A stretch of 64,000 nucleotides of DNA from Bugula neritina (lineage: Eukaryota; Animalia; Bryozoa). Positions 12,301 through 25,300 of the stretch are shown here, one piece after another; the first letter of the stretch is position 1, and every line of letters starts with the position of its first letter. The notes below the pieces were generated by a model that saw only the letters and a list, made by a program, of their open reading frames with translations, was not told the origin of the DNA and searched no databases. The position numbers and the translations under genes are program-made. The stretch spans positions 383,628 to 447,627 of the forward strand of contig OZ037771.1 in assembly GCA_964035545.1 (NCBI GenBank). Direction: 5' to 3'.

Positions 12301-15300
12301 AGGGACTATTAGAGGGGATGCAGTAATAGACTATTAGAGGGGATATAGTAAGGGACTATTAGAGAGGATATAGTAAGGGACTATTAGAGAGGATATAGTA
12401 ACAGACTATTAGAGAGGATATAGTAAGGGACTATTAGAGAGGATATAGTAACAGACTATTAGAGAGGATATAGTAAGGGACTATTAGAGGGGATACAGTA
12501 ATAGACTATTAGAGGGGATATAGTAAGGGACTATTAGAGAGGATATAGTAAGGGACTATTAGAGAGGATATAGTAACAGACTATTAGAGAGGATATAGTA
12601 AGGGACTATTAGAGAGGATATAGTAAGGGACTATTAGAGAGGATATAGTAAGGGACTATTAAGGGGGATATAGACCTACCAGGCCTTTCTCGTGAGACGA
12701 CTTGTGTCCTTCACTGACTGGCTTAGCGGAGGGAGGAGCGTGAACTCTAACTGTAGAGCTCTTTGGAGTTGAGCAGAATATCTTGACTGAGTCAGTTACA
12801 CACTGCTCTATGTTGATCTCTACACATACCACATTGATGTCTACACATACCACATTGATGTCTACACATACCACATTGATCTCTACACATATCACATTGA
12901 TGTCTACACATACCACATTGATCTCTACACATATCACATTGATGTCTACACATATCACATTGATCTCTACACATATCACATTGATGTCTACACATATCAG
13001 TTAAGAACTAAATGAAGACTGTGACCAAGTAGAGCTAATGTACCTGGTAGATCGGAGAAGAGCAGAATGCATTCATTGAATCCATTGGTGAGCAGCCTAG
13101 ACTTGAGTTGCTGCAGGATGGCTATGCCAATACAGAGGGGGAAGACTGACGCCCCCAACAGAAGGGTGTCCCACAGGTGAAACAGTCTATGTAGAGGAAA
13201 CACGTGAGCGTACATGGTGAGAAACCACGGGATAGCGTAGAGCTGAAGAAATACAGTGTAGAGTATACAGTATTACAGTGTAGAATATACAGTATTACAG
13301 TGTAGAATATACAGTATTACAGTGTAGAATATACAGTATTACAGTGTAGAGTATACAGTATTACAGTGTAGAGTATACAGTATTACAACAAGTAAACTCA
13401 CATCTGGAGAGAAGCCATCCTCTTCAAGGTGATTGCTCAGTTCAGGCTCGTGGAATGCAAGGAGTTGCGAGAACATTGCTAAGTATTCCTGGATGACTGC
13501 GGAGTTGTCTTTCAGAAAGAAGTTGTAGAGGTACTTTGATATGAACTTAGACAGGCATGCGTACGCCATAGCTGCAAGACATTGTGTACTGGAGCACATA
13601 ATACAATACTAAATAGCTGTAATACAGTATCAGATACATATAGGACAATATTGCTCAGATATGATGGTGTTATATATATATCACCTTCATCATTAAAGTT
13701 GAGGTAGATGAAGGGGGCAGACAGGGAGTCTAAGCCTTGCCAATAGACATATTGAGGGTGGCTGGTTACCCAAGCCTTCAACACTCTCTTTAGTCTGCAA
13801 AACAAGGGCCACTGAGAATTCCCATTCTACCATTGCAGCTGATATTCAGAAGGTTATACTTCCGTAAACATCTACTTCTTGTGTCGACAATACTAATACA
13901 TGAGATGCATTGAGTCGCTGTTGCTAAAATATTGAAATCTACTTTCTGAGAACAAGTTCTTCATGTGAATACCTACTTCCTGTAAACACCTACTTCCTGT
14001 AAACACCTACTTCCTGTAAACACCTACTTCCTGTAAACACCTACTTCCTGTGAGCCTCCGGAGAAGACATGAGTTCGTTATATTGATGGCATCTTGGCAC
14101 ATCCACCTCTATCTGTCTGTCTATTGGCTGAGCAGAGACCTTGTCTATCCTATCGTATTGCTTATAGATATCCCCCTGGCACAGACAGACAACAAACTGT
14201 ATCGTACCATATTATATTATGCATTATCTCACTGTACATTATTATTATACTATATAATATATATTATCATACTAAACACACACCCACACAGAACTCACGT
14301 TTATAAAACTGAGACTGAGGTTACCTGAACATCCAAGATGGCTGCCCAGGCAGCGGGGCGTACTAGGGGAGGGATATCTGTCCTCGACTCCTTCATTATC
14401 ATGTTCTTAGTGTGAGGGTAGCCTGTGAGGAGACGCTCAAACAGCACAACTCTGTGGAACTGGTACTCCACGTCCCTCTCCCGGATGACCAGAGGTAACT
14501 TGGCAGTCTCAGTGACTGAGCTGTTGACTGCATGTTGCTCTCTGGAATATACAGATAACACCTTATCTATTCCCTCAGTCTACAGATATCACTTTATCTA
14601 TCCCTTCAGTCTACAGATATCACTTTATCCTGTAATATTTGACATGACTGACAGCCTACACCACTGTGAACATAACCTGGGTTCACTCACTCAGAAATAA
14701 TAAGAGGGTAGTAGTCCTCAGGGTTCACTTCCGACAATCTCTCACACAGTTGAGTAAGATCTAAGACTACAGTCCGATCACTATACATTGTGCTCAAGTC
14801 ATGGGTGGCTCCATACGCGTCCCCTTCCTCAGATACATAACTGTAAGATACCTGTACATGTTAATAATAGGAGGTGTTATACCTGTACATGTTAATAATA
14901 GGAGGTGTTATACCTGTACATGTTAATAATAGGAGGTGTTATACCTGTACATGTTAATAATAGGAGGTGTTATACCCGCACATGTTAATAATAGGAGGTG
15001 TTATACCTGTATATGCTAATAATAGGAGGTGTTATACCTGTATATGTTAATAATAGGAGGTGTTATACCTGTACATGTTAATAATAGGAGGTGTTATACC
15101 TGTACATGTTAATAATAAGAGGTGTTATACCTGTATATGCTAATAATAGGAGGTGTTATACCTGTATATGTTAATAATAGGAGAGGTTAAACCTGTACAT
15201 GCTAATAATAGGAGGTGTTATACCTGTACATGTTAATAATAGGAGGTGTTATACCTGTACATGTTAATAATAGGAGGTGTTATACCTGTACATGTTAATA

Positions 15301-18300
15301 ATAAGAGGTGTTATACCTGTATATGCTAATAATAGGAGGTGTTATACCTGTATATGTTAATAATAGGAGGTGTTATACCTGTACATATAAATAATAGGAG
15401 ATGCTATACCTGTACATGTTAATAATAGGAGGTGTTATACCTGTACATGTTAATAATAGGAGGTGTTATACCTGTACATGTTAAAAATAGGAGGGATTAT
15501 ACCTGTACATGTTAATAATAGGAGGGGTTATACCTGTACATGTTAATAATAGGAGGTGTGTTGGTGATGAGTCCATTAGCCTTCAGCACAGACTCCAAAT
15601 CTCCTCCAGCCAACTTCCACAAGTAGTATATCTCTGAGAAACTTCTCTCCTTCAGGTGGAAGTAGTCTACCAACAGTTCTGTACTTGTGAGATGATGTAA
15701 TACTGAGAGATGATGTAATACTGAGAGATGATGTAATACTGTGAGATCATGTAATACTGAGATATGATGTAACAACAAATGATGATGTAATAGAAGTTAC
15801 CATCTTCAACAAGCTCCTCAGTAAAATCGTGTATTTGTTGAATGGTAAGGTCTTTACACCTCAGTCCATCGTCTAACCTCATTGGTTTGTACGTGGGGAT
15901 AGTCGATAAAACAGGAAGTGGTGGAACAGCAAAGAGACGGTGAGAAAGAAGTGTTGCTGCAGCAGGTCTACAAAATATTAAACAATATATCAGTGAAGGA
16001 GAGAGAAAGTTGGAGGGAAAATTTGGGAAAGTGGTGAGAGCTGGTGGTAGAGGTGAGAGCTGGTGGGAGGTGGTGGTAGAGGTGAGAGCTGGTGGGAGAT
16101 GGTGGTAGAGGTGAGAGATGGTGAGATATGGTGGTAGAGGTGAGAGCTGGTGGGAGGTGGTGAGATATGGTGGTAAAGGTGAGAGCTGGTGGGAGATGGT
16201 GGTAGAGGTGAGAGCTGGTGGTAGAGGTGAGAGCTGGTGGTAGAGCTGAGAGATGGTGGTAGAGGTGGGAGATGGTAAGAGCTGGTGGGAGGTGGTGGGA
16301 GATGGTGGTAGAGGTGTGTAATGAACTAATAATACAGATACATGACTAACCGTTTGGTTGGGTTGACTAGAAGACACTCTTTCACCAGGTTCATGAGGTC
16401 ATTATCAGCAGACTACAAAGGTCAAACATATAATAGCTCTTTAACTAACAGTGAAATATGATTTACATTCACACTTCAACGTAGACTACAACTACTAACC
16501 AGGATGTTCTGTTGAGCCTGTGGAGCCAGACCTTGCACCAGTTGGTCAAATGCACATTCGACACCAGCAGAGAGAAGCTGTATTCGTGAATGTATAACAT
16601 CCGTTACTAGCAAATCCTTACATAACTCCTCACCCTGTAAAGGTGTACCCACACTACTATATACTACTATATACTACTATATACTACTATATACTATATA
16701 CTACTATATATTACACTGTATATACTTACACTACACAGTATATACTTACACTGTATACAGCTACACAACACACCGAGTATATATAAGGTACACATACAGC
16801 AAGATACTGGAGCAAGACAACTCCTAAGGACCACGTATCCACATTGGGAGGAGATGAAGGATTGACCATCTCAGTAGCATCACTAGTAGACAGAGTGCGT
16901 CTCTTTGTTGTCCCTTCCTCAGCCAGCAGTTGCAAGTCTAGAAGAAACACTTCTGGTGCCATGGAGTTGTAATCTCTATAGAATGAATATAGGCTAATGA
17001 GCTGCAAATTATGTGCGGGCGTATGTTTATATCGGCTTCTACATTTCATAACTCATTATACAGTGTGTTTTATTTCATAACTTATTATACAGTGTGTTTT
17101 ATTTTATAACTTATTATTCAGTGTGTTTCATAATAAAATTTGATAAAAATGCCCAAAAGTACCATTTCGAAACGTAACAGATAATAAATAATCTATGCAG
17201 ATCCAAATCCTTACATATACATATATATTAAAAGATTCTTAGCATTATTTCATAAGAGTTTAAATATGAGATGGAAATCTCACCCAATAGGAAAGCTAAC
17301 AGTAGCACCATTCTCTGTCATGTAATATAGACCAAAATTGGACAACTTCACTGTGCCCTGGAAAAACAAAGTAAAAAATTGCAGTGTACTAGTAGGTGTG
17401 ACAAATTACCTGCATTAATAGCAGCGCATAATACACAGGCATGTAGAAGGTGTGTGTTAGTATGTGTGTGAGTGCACACGCGTGCGACTGCAGTGTGTAA
17501 AGTGACATAGTGTGTGTAGTGTTAAAAAGGAACACTTGAGCAAGGAGAAGACAATTCTTAAGTCACTCACATAACTATCTAGTAGAACATTGCGGAGAGA
17601 GAGATTTCTATGAGTCACTTTACGACTGTGTAGATACGAGAGAGCGCACAGCATTTCATAGGACAGTCTCTTAGCTGCTTGCAATCTGAAACAGACGCTG
17701 AATATGTATAGCGTTTTATATTCTATACAGTAAATAGTAAAACTTACATTGAATATGTATAGCGTTTTATATTCTATACAGTAAATAGTAAAACTTACAT
17801 TGAATATGTATAGCGTTTTATATTCTATACAGTAAATAGTAAAACTTACACTGAGTATTTAGAGTGTATTATAAACTATACAGAAAATAGTAAAACCTAC
17901 ACTGAATATGTATAGCGTATTGTAACTATACATTTGATAGCAAAACATATAATCTAGACTCACTTTGAAGCAGCCAATAGCAAACCAACAGCATATGCAT
18001 GCATGTAATAATACATTGAGTTCAACAGATCTTACCTGCAGTCTAGTGACTCTGCTAGCTTAGAGATCAATGTGTTCTTGTGACCAGCAGATACGACCAT
18101 AACCTGCTCTACAAACAGGTAACCTTGACCATCTAGTAATGAGAGCTATTAGAAGTTGTATACTATAATCCTGGCAACTATGACCACAACATGCACTGAT
18201 GAGTGATAGTTGACAGAGTTATAAAGCAGAGTTACTAAGTTATTCTGTCTAGTAGTAGACACACAGAAGGACTGGAGTTGTCCCACCACTTATCAAGTGT

Positions 18301-18525
18301 CGCAACACTTCAACAGATAGCATACAACATACCGTGCTTGCCTCTTTGCATCTCAATGTAGGAGCAAAGGTTAGCATGCTCCAGCAAGGTGAGGTACTGG
18401 AACCTTCCAAACATTCGGATTGAGTTAGGAGTGAGAGGCAGGCCATTGGAGCCGCATTGGTCGTTGTCATGTGATGAGGCGTGGAAGGCTGTGGCATGCA
18501 GCTGTCCTGAATCTAAGGGCGCCAT
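9319..18525 (-). CDS. TBCK: TBC domain-containing protein kinase-like protein (pseudokinase + TBC + rhodanese); about 19-20 exons
   Basis: N-terminus [45 protein letters not shown]; TBC motifs [43 protein letters not shown]; C-terminus [19 protein letters not shown]...PSPNM* (stop 9319-9321). Exons include 18525-18333, 15678-15534, 14840-14679, 13242-13044, 12819-12680, 11642-11494, 11117-10958, 9429-9319; some middle exon edges are approximate. Confidence 0.95.
9445..10868. repeat. 16-bp minisatellite (ACATTACTCAGTCACT) in the last TBCK intron
   Basis: About 88 copies with point variants. Confidence 0.97.
11118..11493 (-). other. U12-type (minor spliceosome) GT-AG intron in TBCK
   Basis: 5' site GA|GTATCCTTTG matches the U12 consensus. 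Branch-like TACCTCAAC lies about 12 nt before CAG, with no polypyrimidine tract. Splicing restores [11 protein letters not shown]. Confidence 0.85.
11149..11478. repeat. 31-bp minisatellite inside the U12 intron; each unit has a TACTTGA/TCAAGTA inverted repeat
   Basis: About 10.5 copies of CAAGTCACAATACTTGAGTAGTCAAGTAGTR. Confidence 0.95.
11765..12672. repeat. 25-bp minisatellite (TAGTAAGGGACTATTAGAGAGGATA) in a TBCK intron
   Basis: About 36 copies. Confidence 0.95.
12820..12996. repeat. 21-bp in-frame acceptor-duplication array in TBCK
   Basis: 9 TGTGTAG acceptors spaced 21 nt apart, from 12988 to 12820. Confidence 0.9.
14851..15560. repeat. 31-bp donor-duplication array forming almost the whole TBCK intron 14841-15533
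   Basis: 22 intronic copies of (minus strand) GTATAACACCTCCTATTATTAACATGTACAG plus the exonic source copy. Confidence 0.95.
16030..16315. repeat. G-rich degenerate repeat (GGTGGTAGAGGTGAGAGCT) in a TBCK intron
   Basis: Read directly. Confidence 0.85.
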
Positions 18526-20771
18526 GCTGAGCTCACAAAACTAAGAATATGCGTGCATAGTTATTGGCCTGTCAAATCTTCTTTCTATCAACTGTGATAA
18601 TCACAGTAATAAGGCTTTGTTTTTATTTTAAGAGCTATAATAGCCATAAAAAAAGAAAATTAAGTTTTTTCCATTATGAGCACACTTATTCTTACAACAA
18701 CTTTAAGGCCATAGTTATCGTAATCATTATAGTCATACCTTTATCACTTGACTTAAAGGATGTTGCTGACTTAATTTCAGTTCTAGTTTGGTAGTTGGGT
18801 ATTACTGAATGTGAAAACCACAAAGTAAGTCACAACGTAAGCAAGCCACTAAGTGTTGCATAGCCCATAACTATAACTATAACTATAAGTATAACTACTA
18901 CTACTACTAGCACTAGTAGAAGTACAAAGAATTAGCTTACTCACTAATAGTAATAGTACTAGTAGTGATGGCAGTAGTACTACTTTTACTATTACAAATA
19001 AAAGTAAACAATCACAATAAAATTGAATATGATTCACAATCATAATGATTTGTGTTAAAGATGTTGATATTCATATTGTCATTGATAATCATAAATAGTA
19101 TTACAATTACATTTACTCGAACTCGAATACTACTAATCAATAATCAAGATGTAATATTAATTATTATTATATCATTGAATGTCTTGTGTTTGTAAGCAAG
19201 TTCAAAAGCTATGAAGCATGGTAAACCACACTGATCAAATACAATGGGGCAAAACCATTCAAAATATTCTGCAGTGAGACGAAAGCAATCAACTCAAACT
19301 GCAACAATTTGGCTATATAAATTCCGGAAATCAAGAAGTCCTGCTGCAACATTAAAACTGGTGAATACGCACATTTTATTACCTGCCCCACACCCTCGCA
19401 TTTCAAAATAAGTCAACTATGCAGTATGCTTACAATTTGGGCAGTTTATTTGAAAAACGGTTTGTCAAATTACTGTGAGAAAAAATTATGTACGCCACAA
19501 TTGCCAAAATCCTAAGCAATATTATACAAGTATCTCTTCTTTTAATCGCGACCCTGCATATGATAAATAACATAAACTCCTTTATTTGAACTTGTGTGAA
19601 CAGTGGTTATTCGCTGAAATCATACTAAAATCAAAGATGAAATATTTATATTAATAATATAAATAATAGTTTTCTTAGTTTTAATTCAGTTTGTGTGTAC
19701 AAATTAAAATTTTTGTTGGCAATATTAATACGGAAGTAGCAGTATATCAATATGCTTTAGTATTGAAAGTTAGTAACACTATGTAGTATTTTAAATTGTT
19801 TAAATTTTTTATTTAGATTTCAGAATTACTATTAGTATTACTTATTAGTTATTACTATTAGTATTACTATTAGTATTAGTATAAGTATTACTATTAGTAT
19901 TACTAATACTAATACTAATAGTACTAGTAGGTTTAGTTTTTACTATTTAAATACTACTACTAGTAGTACTAGTAGTAGTACTACTAGTACTTCACCACTA
20001 CTACTTTTAGGACCAGAAGTAGGCTTGTACAGTTATAGTAACACTAGCATTATCGGTGTGAGTATCAATATGACTATGACTATGAGTACTACTAGTACTA
20101 CTAATTTAAATTGTAATAATATTAGTAATAATAATAATAATTACTATTGTTAAGTTGATGAGGAGTAAGACTGCTTTATCTATAAGATTAAGTATATCTG
20201 GCATCTCTCTTGTTAAGCTTAGGCATCAAAATTGTTGTCTTTTAACTTAAACTTAATATATTATAATTATTATTTTCAATAATAACTACAATTGAAAACA
20301 CTGCCAGTGTCATTTTGTTTTTAGCATAATTTGAATTATGTCTCTAAAAATCTATCTTTATTTTGAATATAAGTATAATTGTGATTGTATCCACTCTCAT
20401 TTTTTCAGAAAAAAAGTTTTAAAATTTAATAATAATTTGTTAACAGTGACATAAAGTCTTACACCCCTTTATAGCTAAATTTATAATTAATTGTGAAATT
20501 GTGATTTTTTGATGTTCTTTAATATAAGTAATAAATATAATCATTATGATCATCATAAGACTTTAATCCAATAAATTTAATGGCAAGTTGACAATATCAA
20601 TCTTTGAGTTGTCCTCTTTCTTAGACTTGATTCCGAATCCTTAACTGTGTAGCTTTTGCAAATGTTACAGGCTCCTTTTTGCTATCGCTTAATCATTTAC
20701 TATTCCGTGTTTGCCATGCAGTGTCAACAAATATGTTGCATCTAACAAACTAAGGTTTGATGTAGCTTAGA

Positions 20772-21765
20772 ATGGGGAATTTATTTGGAAAGTCAAAGCC
20801 GAAGCAATCCACAACATCCAGAGTTACAGAAGCTGATAAAGCTGTGTTGCAGCTTAAACAACAGAGAGACAAGCTGAAACAGTACCAGAAAAAATTGACG
20901 TTGTCACTAGAACGAGAACGGCTGTTGGCGAAATCTCTTTTACAAGATGGTGAGTTGAAAGTAAGGAGCCACTTGATCAGAGTTCATTCAAACACAAATT
21001 TATTTATATCATATTTTTTTTAAAGAGCATTTCTTTTTTAAATTTGTGAATTGTTTTAATTAGGCAAAAGAGAAAAAGCAAAGCTGTTGTTAAGGAAAAA
21101 GAAGTTTCAAGAGGGATTAATTGATAAAACCGAATCGCAGCTGGAGACAATAGAGCAGCTGGTTCACGACCTAGAGTTTGCTCAGATTGAGTCTCAAGTG
21201 CTCAATGGGTTGAAGAGTGGCAATGAATCACTGAAGAAGATGCAGCAACTCGTGTCACTGGAGGATGTAGAGAAGATAATGGACGAGACTGCAGATGCAG
21301 TGGAATACCAGAGACAGATCAGCGACTTGCTGTCAGGAGGATTGTCGGATCAAGACGAGTCAGAGGTAGGTCAACTCTAATGTCTTGCTAAACATCAATA
21401 GCGTGTAATATAGAGAGACGTCAAGTAAGTTTATCACGAGCATGCTATTAATGTTGAACCAGGGCTTGGTTTGCTGGTATTTATTCTGCTTCAATATGCC
21501 ACCTCCATAATGCCAATGTTTTAAAGAGCAATATTGTAAGAGGTCTTGTTGCTAGAAAGTTTTGGTAGTTTATGTTGTGCTATTCGTTCTGCTATTTTAG
21601 GTATTGGATGAGCTAAACGAACTGCTAGCAGCCGAGTCTGAGCAGATAGAAGAGGACGTGCAGCTTCCTGATGTTCCTCACACTGAACTTCCTGCGGCTG
21701 CCTCAACAGAAGCTACGACAGCGAAAGAGAAGTCATCGACCAGACAGGCTGTGTTGGCTTCATAA
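20772..21765 (+). CDS. CHMP6: Charged multivesicular body protein 6 / VPS20 (ESCRT-III); exons 20772-20949, 21064-21365, 21601-21765
   Basis: MGNLFG myristoylation motif, SRVTEADKAVLQLKQQRDKLKQYQKK, LEFAQIE..VLNGLKSGNE, QLPDVP; phases consistent. Confidence 0.96.
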
Positions 21766-22390
21766 ACGACTCATCACACAACATCGAGTCAAGAAATTAC
21801 CTCTTGAGCTAATAGTATAGAAAGGAGAAATTGGTTGGGAAATAGTGTATCACAAGAAGGTTTTATTGAACTAATATGTTTACCAACATTCTCATTTGAC
21901 ACAAGGTCACGAACGGAAACTTTGTAACAGATCTGTATATTTATTATAAAAACAATCAGTAAATATTTTTTATACTAGATCTTAATAATCATTTTTTAGA
22001 AATAACCTGAATTGAATTTATACACCACATTTGTATAGTACTATGAAGTGTTTGTACACATTATATTATACAATGCTTTAACAAATCTAACATCAGAAAT
22101 AAACCAAGTACATGCATTCTGTACAGTCAGCAGATAGCGTGTGTTCTAACAGCAGGAAACTGTTAAGAGGGGTTATGGGAGACCATCCCAACCAGTATGA
22201 GAGGAGTAACTGAAATATTTTTTCACACCACTGTTTGTCACTAAATGACTCAAGATGCACAAATATAACAAATCTGGCCAATCACAGAAGCCTATACAAG
22301 TTGCTACTGGAAGCCTGTCATTACAATATATACAGAGAGGCTTATTTTAATCATAGAAAGGATGTGTGTTGGGCAGCAGTAACTAAGCAA

Positions 22391-25300
22391 CTATGCTTTA
22401 TAGATGTAAATGTTAGTATTATCATTGTCTCTTTCCATGTAATCTCTTTCTATCAAACTCTCTATTCGCTTCTTCAAGTCCTGAGCCTGAAAACACAGGA
22501 AAAACGCAGTTGACCAAATACTAAATTATACCTAACACTGTTCATACTATATGTCTAACACTGTTCATACTACATGTCTAACACTGTTCACACTATATGA
22601 TGTCTATAGAGTAAATCAGGCAGTGTCTAGACCTCACTGTGAAGAGAGAAGACGGGACCCGCTGGAGTTACCCTACCTTGACGGGGAACTTCAGTTGTTC
22701 AAAGAGCTCCTGTATGAGTTGAGTGTGCTGCAGAGTCTTTCTCATCTTCATGATCCTGACTATGGCTGCGTCTACCTGACACACTCTGTCAGTGAAAACT
22801 CTCTCCGTAGTAGCATCCTGCTCTTCTTTCTAGAGAACAATGAGAAGTCTAACGAGTAACAGACCTACCATGTGACCATACAATAGCAGCTTACCATGTG
22901 ACCATACAATAGCAGCTTACCATGTGACCATACAATAGCAGCTTACCATGTGACCATATAATAGCAGCTACTCTAATGAAATGACAAGAGCGGTGCTCAC
23001 ACCAGCGTATGTAACAGAGTAATGACTGGTTCAACCTACAACTACAGCCTCCGCTGCGTGTATTGTGGGTACTCCTAGCTGCACTGTGAACAGGGCATAA
23101 CTCAACTCACCGTTTCTCTCATCTGAATCTGGTTGATCTTGATTCTGTAGAGTTTGTGTTTGAAGTCATCAGCAAAAACAAAAGAGTCTGTAGTGTTGAT
23201 TTCTTTCCCTTTGGGTACTTTGTGGAGAACTCTAGCTTTACCACAGGCCAGTGACTGGAGGGTTCTCTTCAACTCTAGATCCTCTGCAACCAGTAGCTAG
23301 TCAGTACTCTATCACTCTGTCACTAACTCTATCACTCTATCACTATGCAACTCTGTCACTATGTAACTCTGTCACTATGTAACTCTATCACTCTGTCACT
23401 ATGTAACTCTGTCACTATGTAACTCTGTCACTATGTTACTCTATCACTCTGTCACTATCAGTGACATATAGTTATGCTAACTTATCACACCACTTAGAGT
23501 CACATATTTAGCATGCATCAAGTTAGTGCACATCAACCTTTATTTCTGTTCAGTATTTCCCACACACTAGTCTCACGGAGGGAGTCTCAATGTTAACTAA
23601 TATTAGAATATTTATTAGTGGAAAGTGAGAATAGTTCTCGTGACTCTAATAGTACTAGTAACACTGACCTATGTTGGTAGCCTGTCTAATGGACTCATAA
23701 CTCTAATAGTACCAGTAACACTGACCTATGTTGGTAGCCTGTCTAATAGACTCATAACTCTAATAGTACTAGTAACACTGACCTATGTTGGTAGCCTGTC
23801 TAATAGACTCATAACTCTAATAGTACTAGTAACACTGACCTATGTTGGTAGCCTGTCTAATAGACTCATAACTCTAATAGTACTAGTAACACTGACCTAT
23901 GTTGGTAGCCTGTCTAATAGACTCATAACTCTAATAGTACTAGTAACACTGACCTATGTTGGTAGCTTGTCTAATGGACTCGTAACTTTGCTCGGCCCCC
24001 GTGTTGAACAGCATGAGAACGAGGGTCTGGTAGAGGGAGACGTGAATTTCCTTGAGTCCCTACAGCACAAGACAAGCACATTGTGCAACAGTTGCAGTAC
24101 CTTAGAGCTATATCTCAAGCACACAAACACACCTTAGAGTACACAGACACACCTTAGAGTATACAGACACACACCTTAGAGTATACAGACACACCTTAGA
24201 GTATACAGACACACCTTAGAGTACACACACAAACACACCTTAGAGTATACAGACACACCTTAGAGTACACAGACACACACCTTAGAGTATACAGACACAC
24301 CTTAGAGTACACAGACACACCTTAGAGTATACAGACACACCTTAGAGTATACAGACACACACCTTAGAGTATACAGACACACCTTAGAGTACACAGACAC
24401 ACCTTAGAGTATACAGACACACCTTAGAGTATACAGACACACCTTAGAGTATACAGACACACCTTAGAGTATACAGACACACCTTAGAGTACACAGACAC
24501 ACACCTTAGAGTACACAGACACACCTTAGAGTACACAGACACACACCTTAGAGTACACAGACACACACCTTAGAGTACACAGACACACACCTTAGAGTAT
24601 ACAGACACACCTTAGAGTATACAGACACACCTTAGAGTATACAGACACACCTTGGAGTACATAGACACACCTTAGAGTATACAGACACACCTTAGAGTAT
24701 ACAGACACACCTTAGAGTATACAGACACACCTTGGAGTACATAGACACACCTTAGAGTACACAGACACACCTTAGAGTACAGACACACACCTTAGAGTAT
24801 ACAGACACACCTTAGAGTATACAGACACACCTTGGAGTACATAGACACACCTTAGGAAAGTAGGCCTTAAGCAAGCAGTGACCCAGTGATGGCTGCCAGT
24901 GCAGCTTCCTGCCGCTGTGTTTGCTGAGATAAAACCTCTTGAACATGTCCTGGTACTGCTCCATCTCTGGCAGCAGGTGGATGGCCATGGTGGGGTAGGA
25001 GGGCCAGTAGCTCAGCATCAGCACTGACACCGTCATGTCCATGCCACCCGGGGACTCCCTGCTCTCCATGTACTGCTTGAAGGACACCATAATATCCTTG
25101 GAGATGTCAATGTCTTTGAACATTCCCTCCAGCTTGTTGGTGAAACCAGCTCCACATTCTACCAACACAGTGGAACTCATGTATAGTCTTAGATGTCACA
25201 ACATCATCTATCTGTAGACTTTATAACATTGACCTCTATGTACACCCTCACCTTGCTTTAGTTTAGACAACATTGACTTCTCCGCATCTACCGAGGCACT

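Noticed and set aside
9445-12672. CRISPR-like appearance of regular repeats
   Set aside because: Head-to-tail units without unique spacers, inside eukaryotic introns, with no cas genes.
19200-19620. Possible transposon remnant; also 52980-53230 and 56000-56150, which share CTGGGCGTAAT
   Set aside because: No terminal repeats, target-site duplication or transposase/RT coding sequence identifiable.
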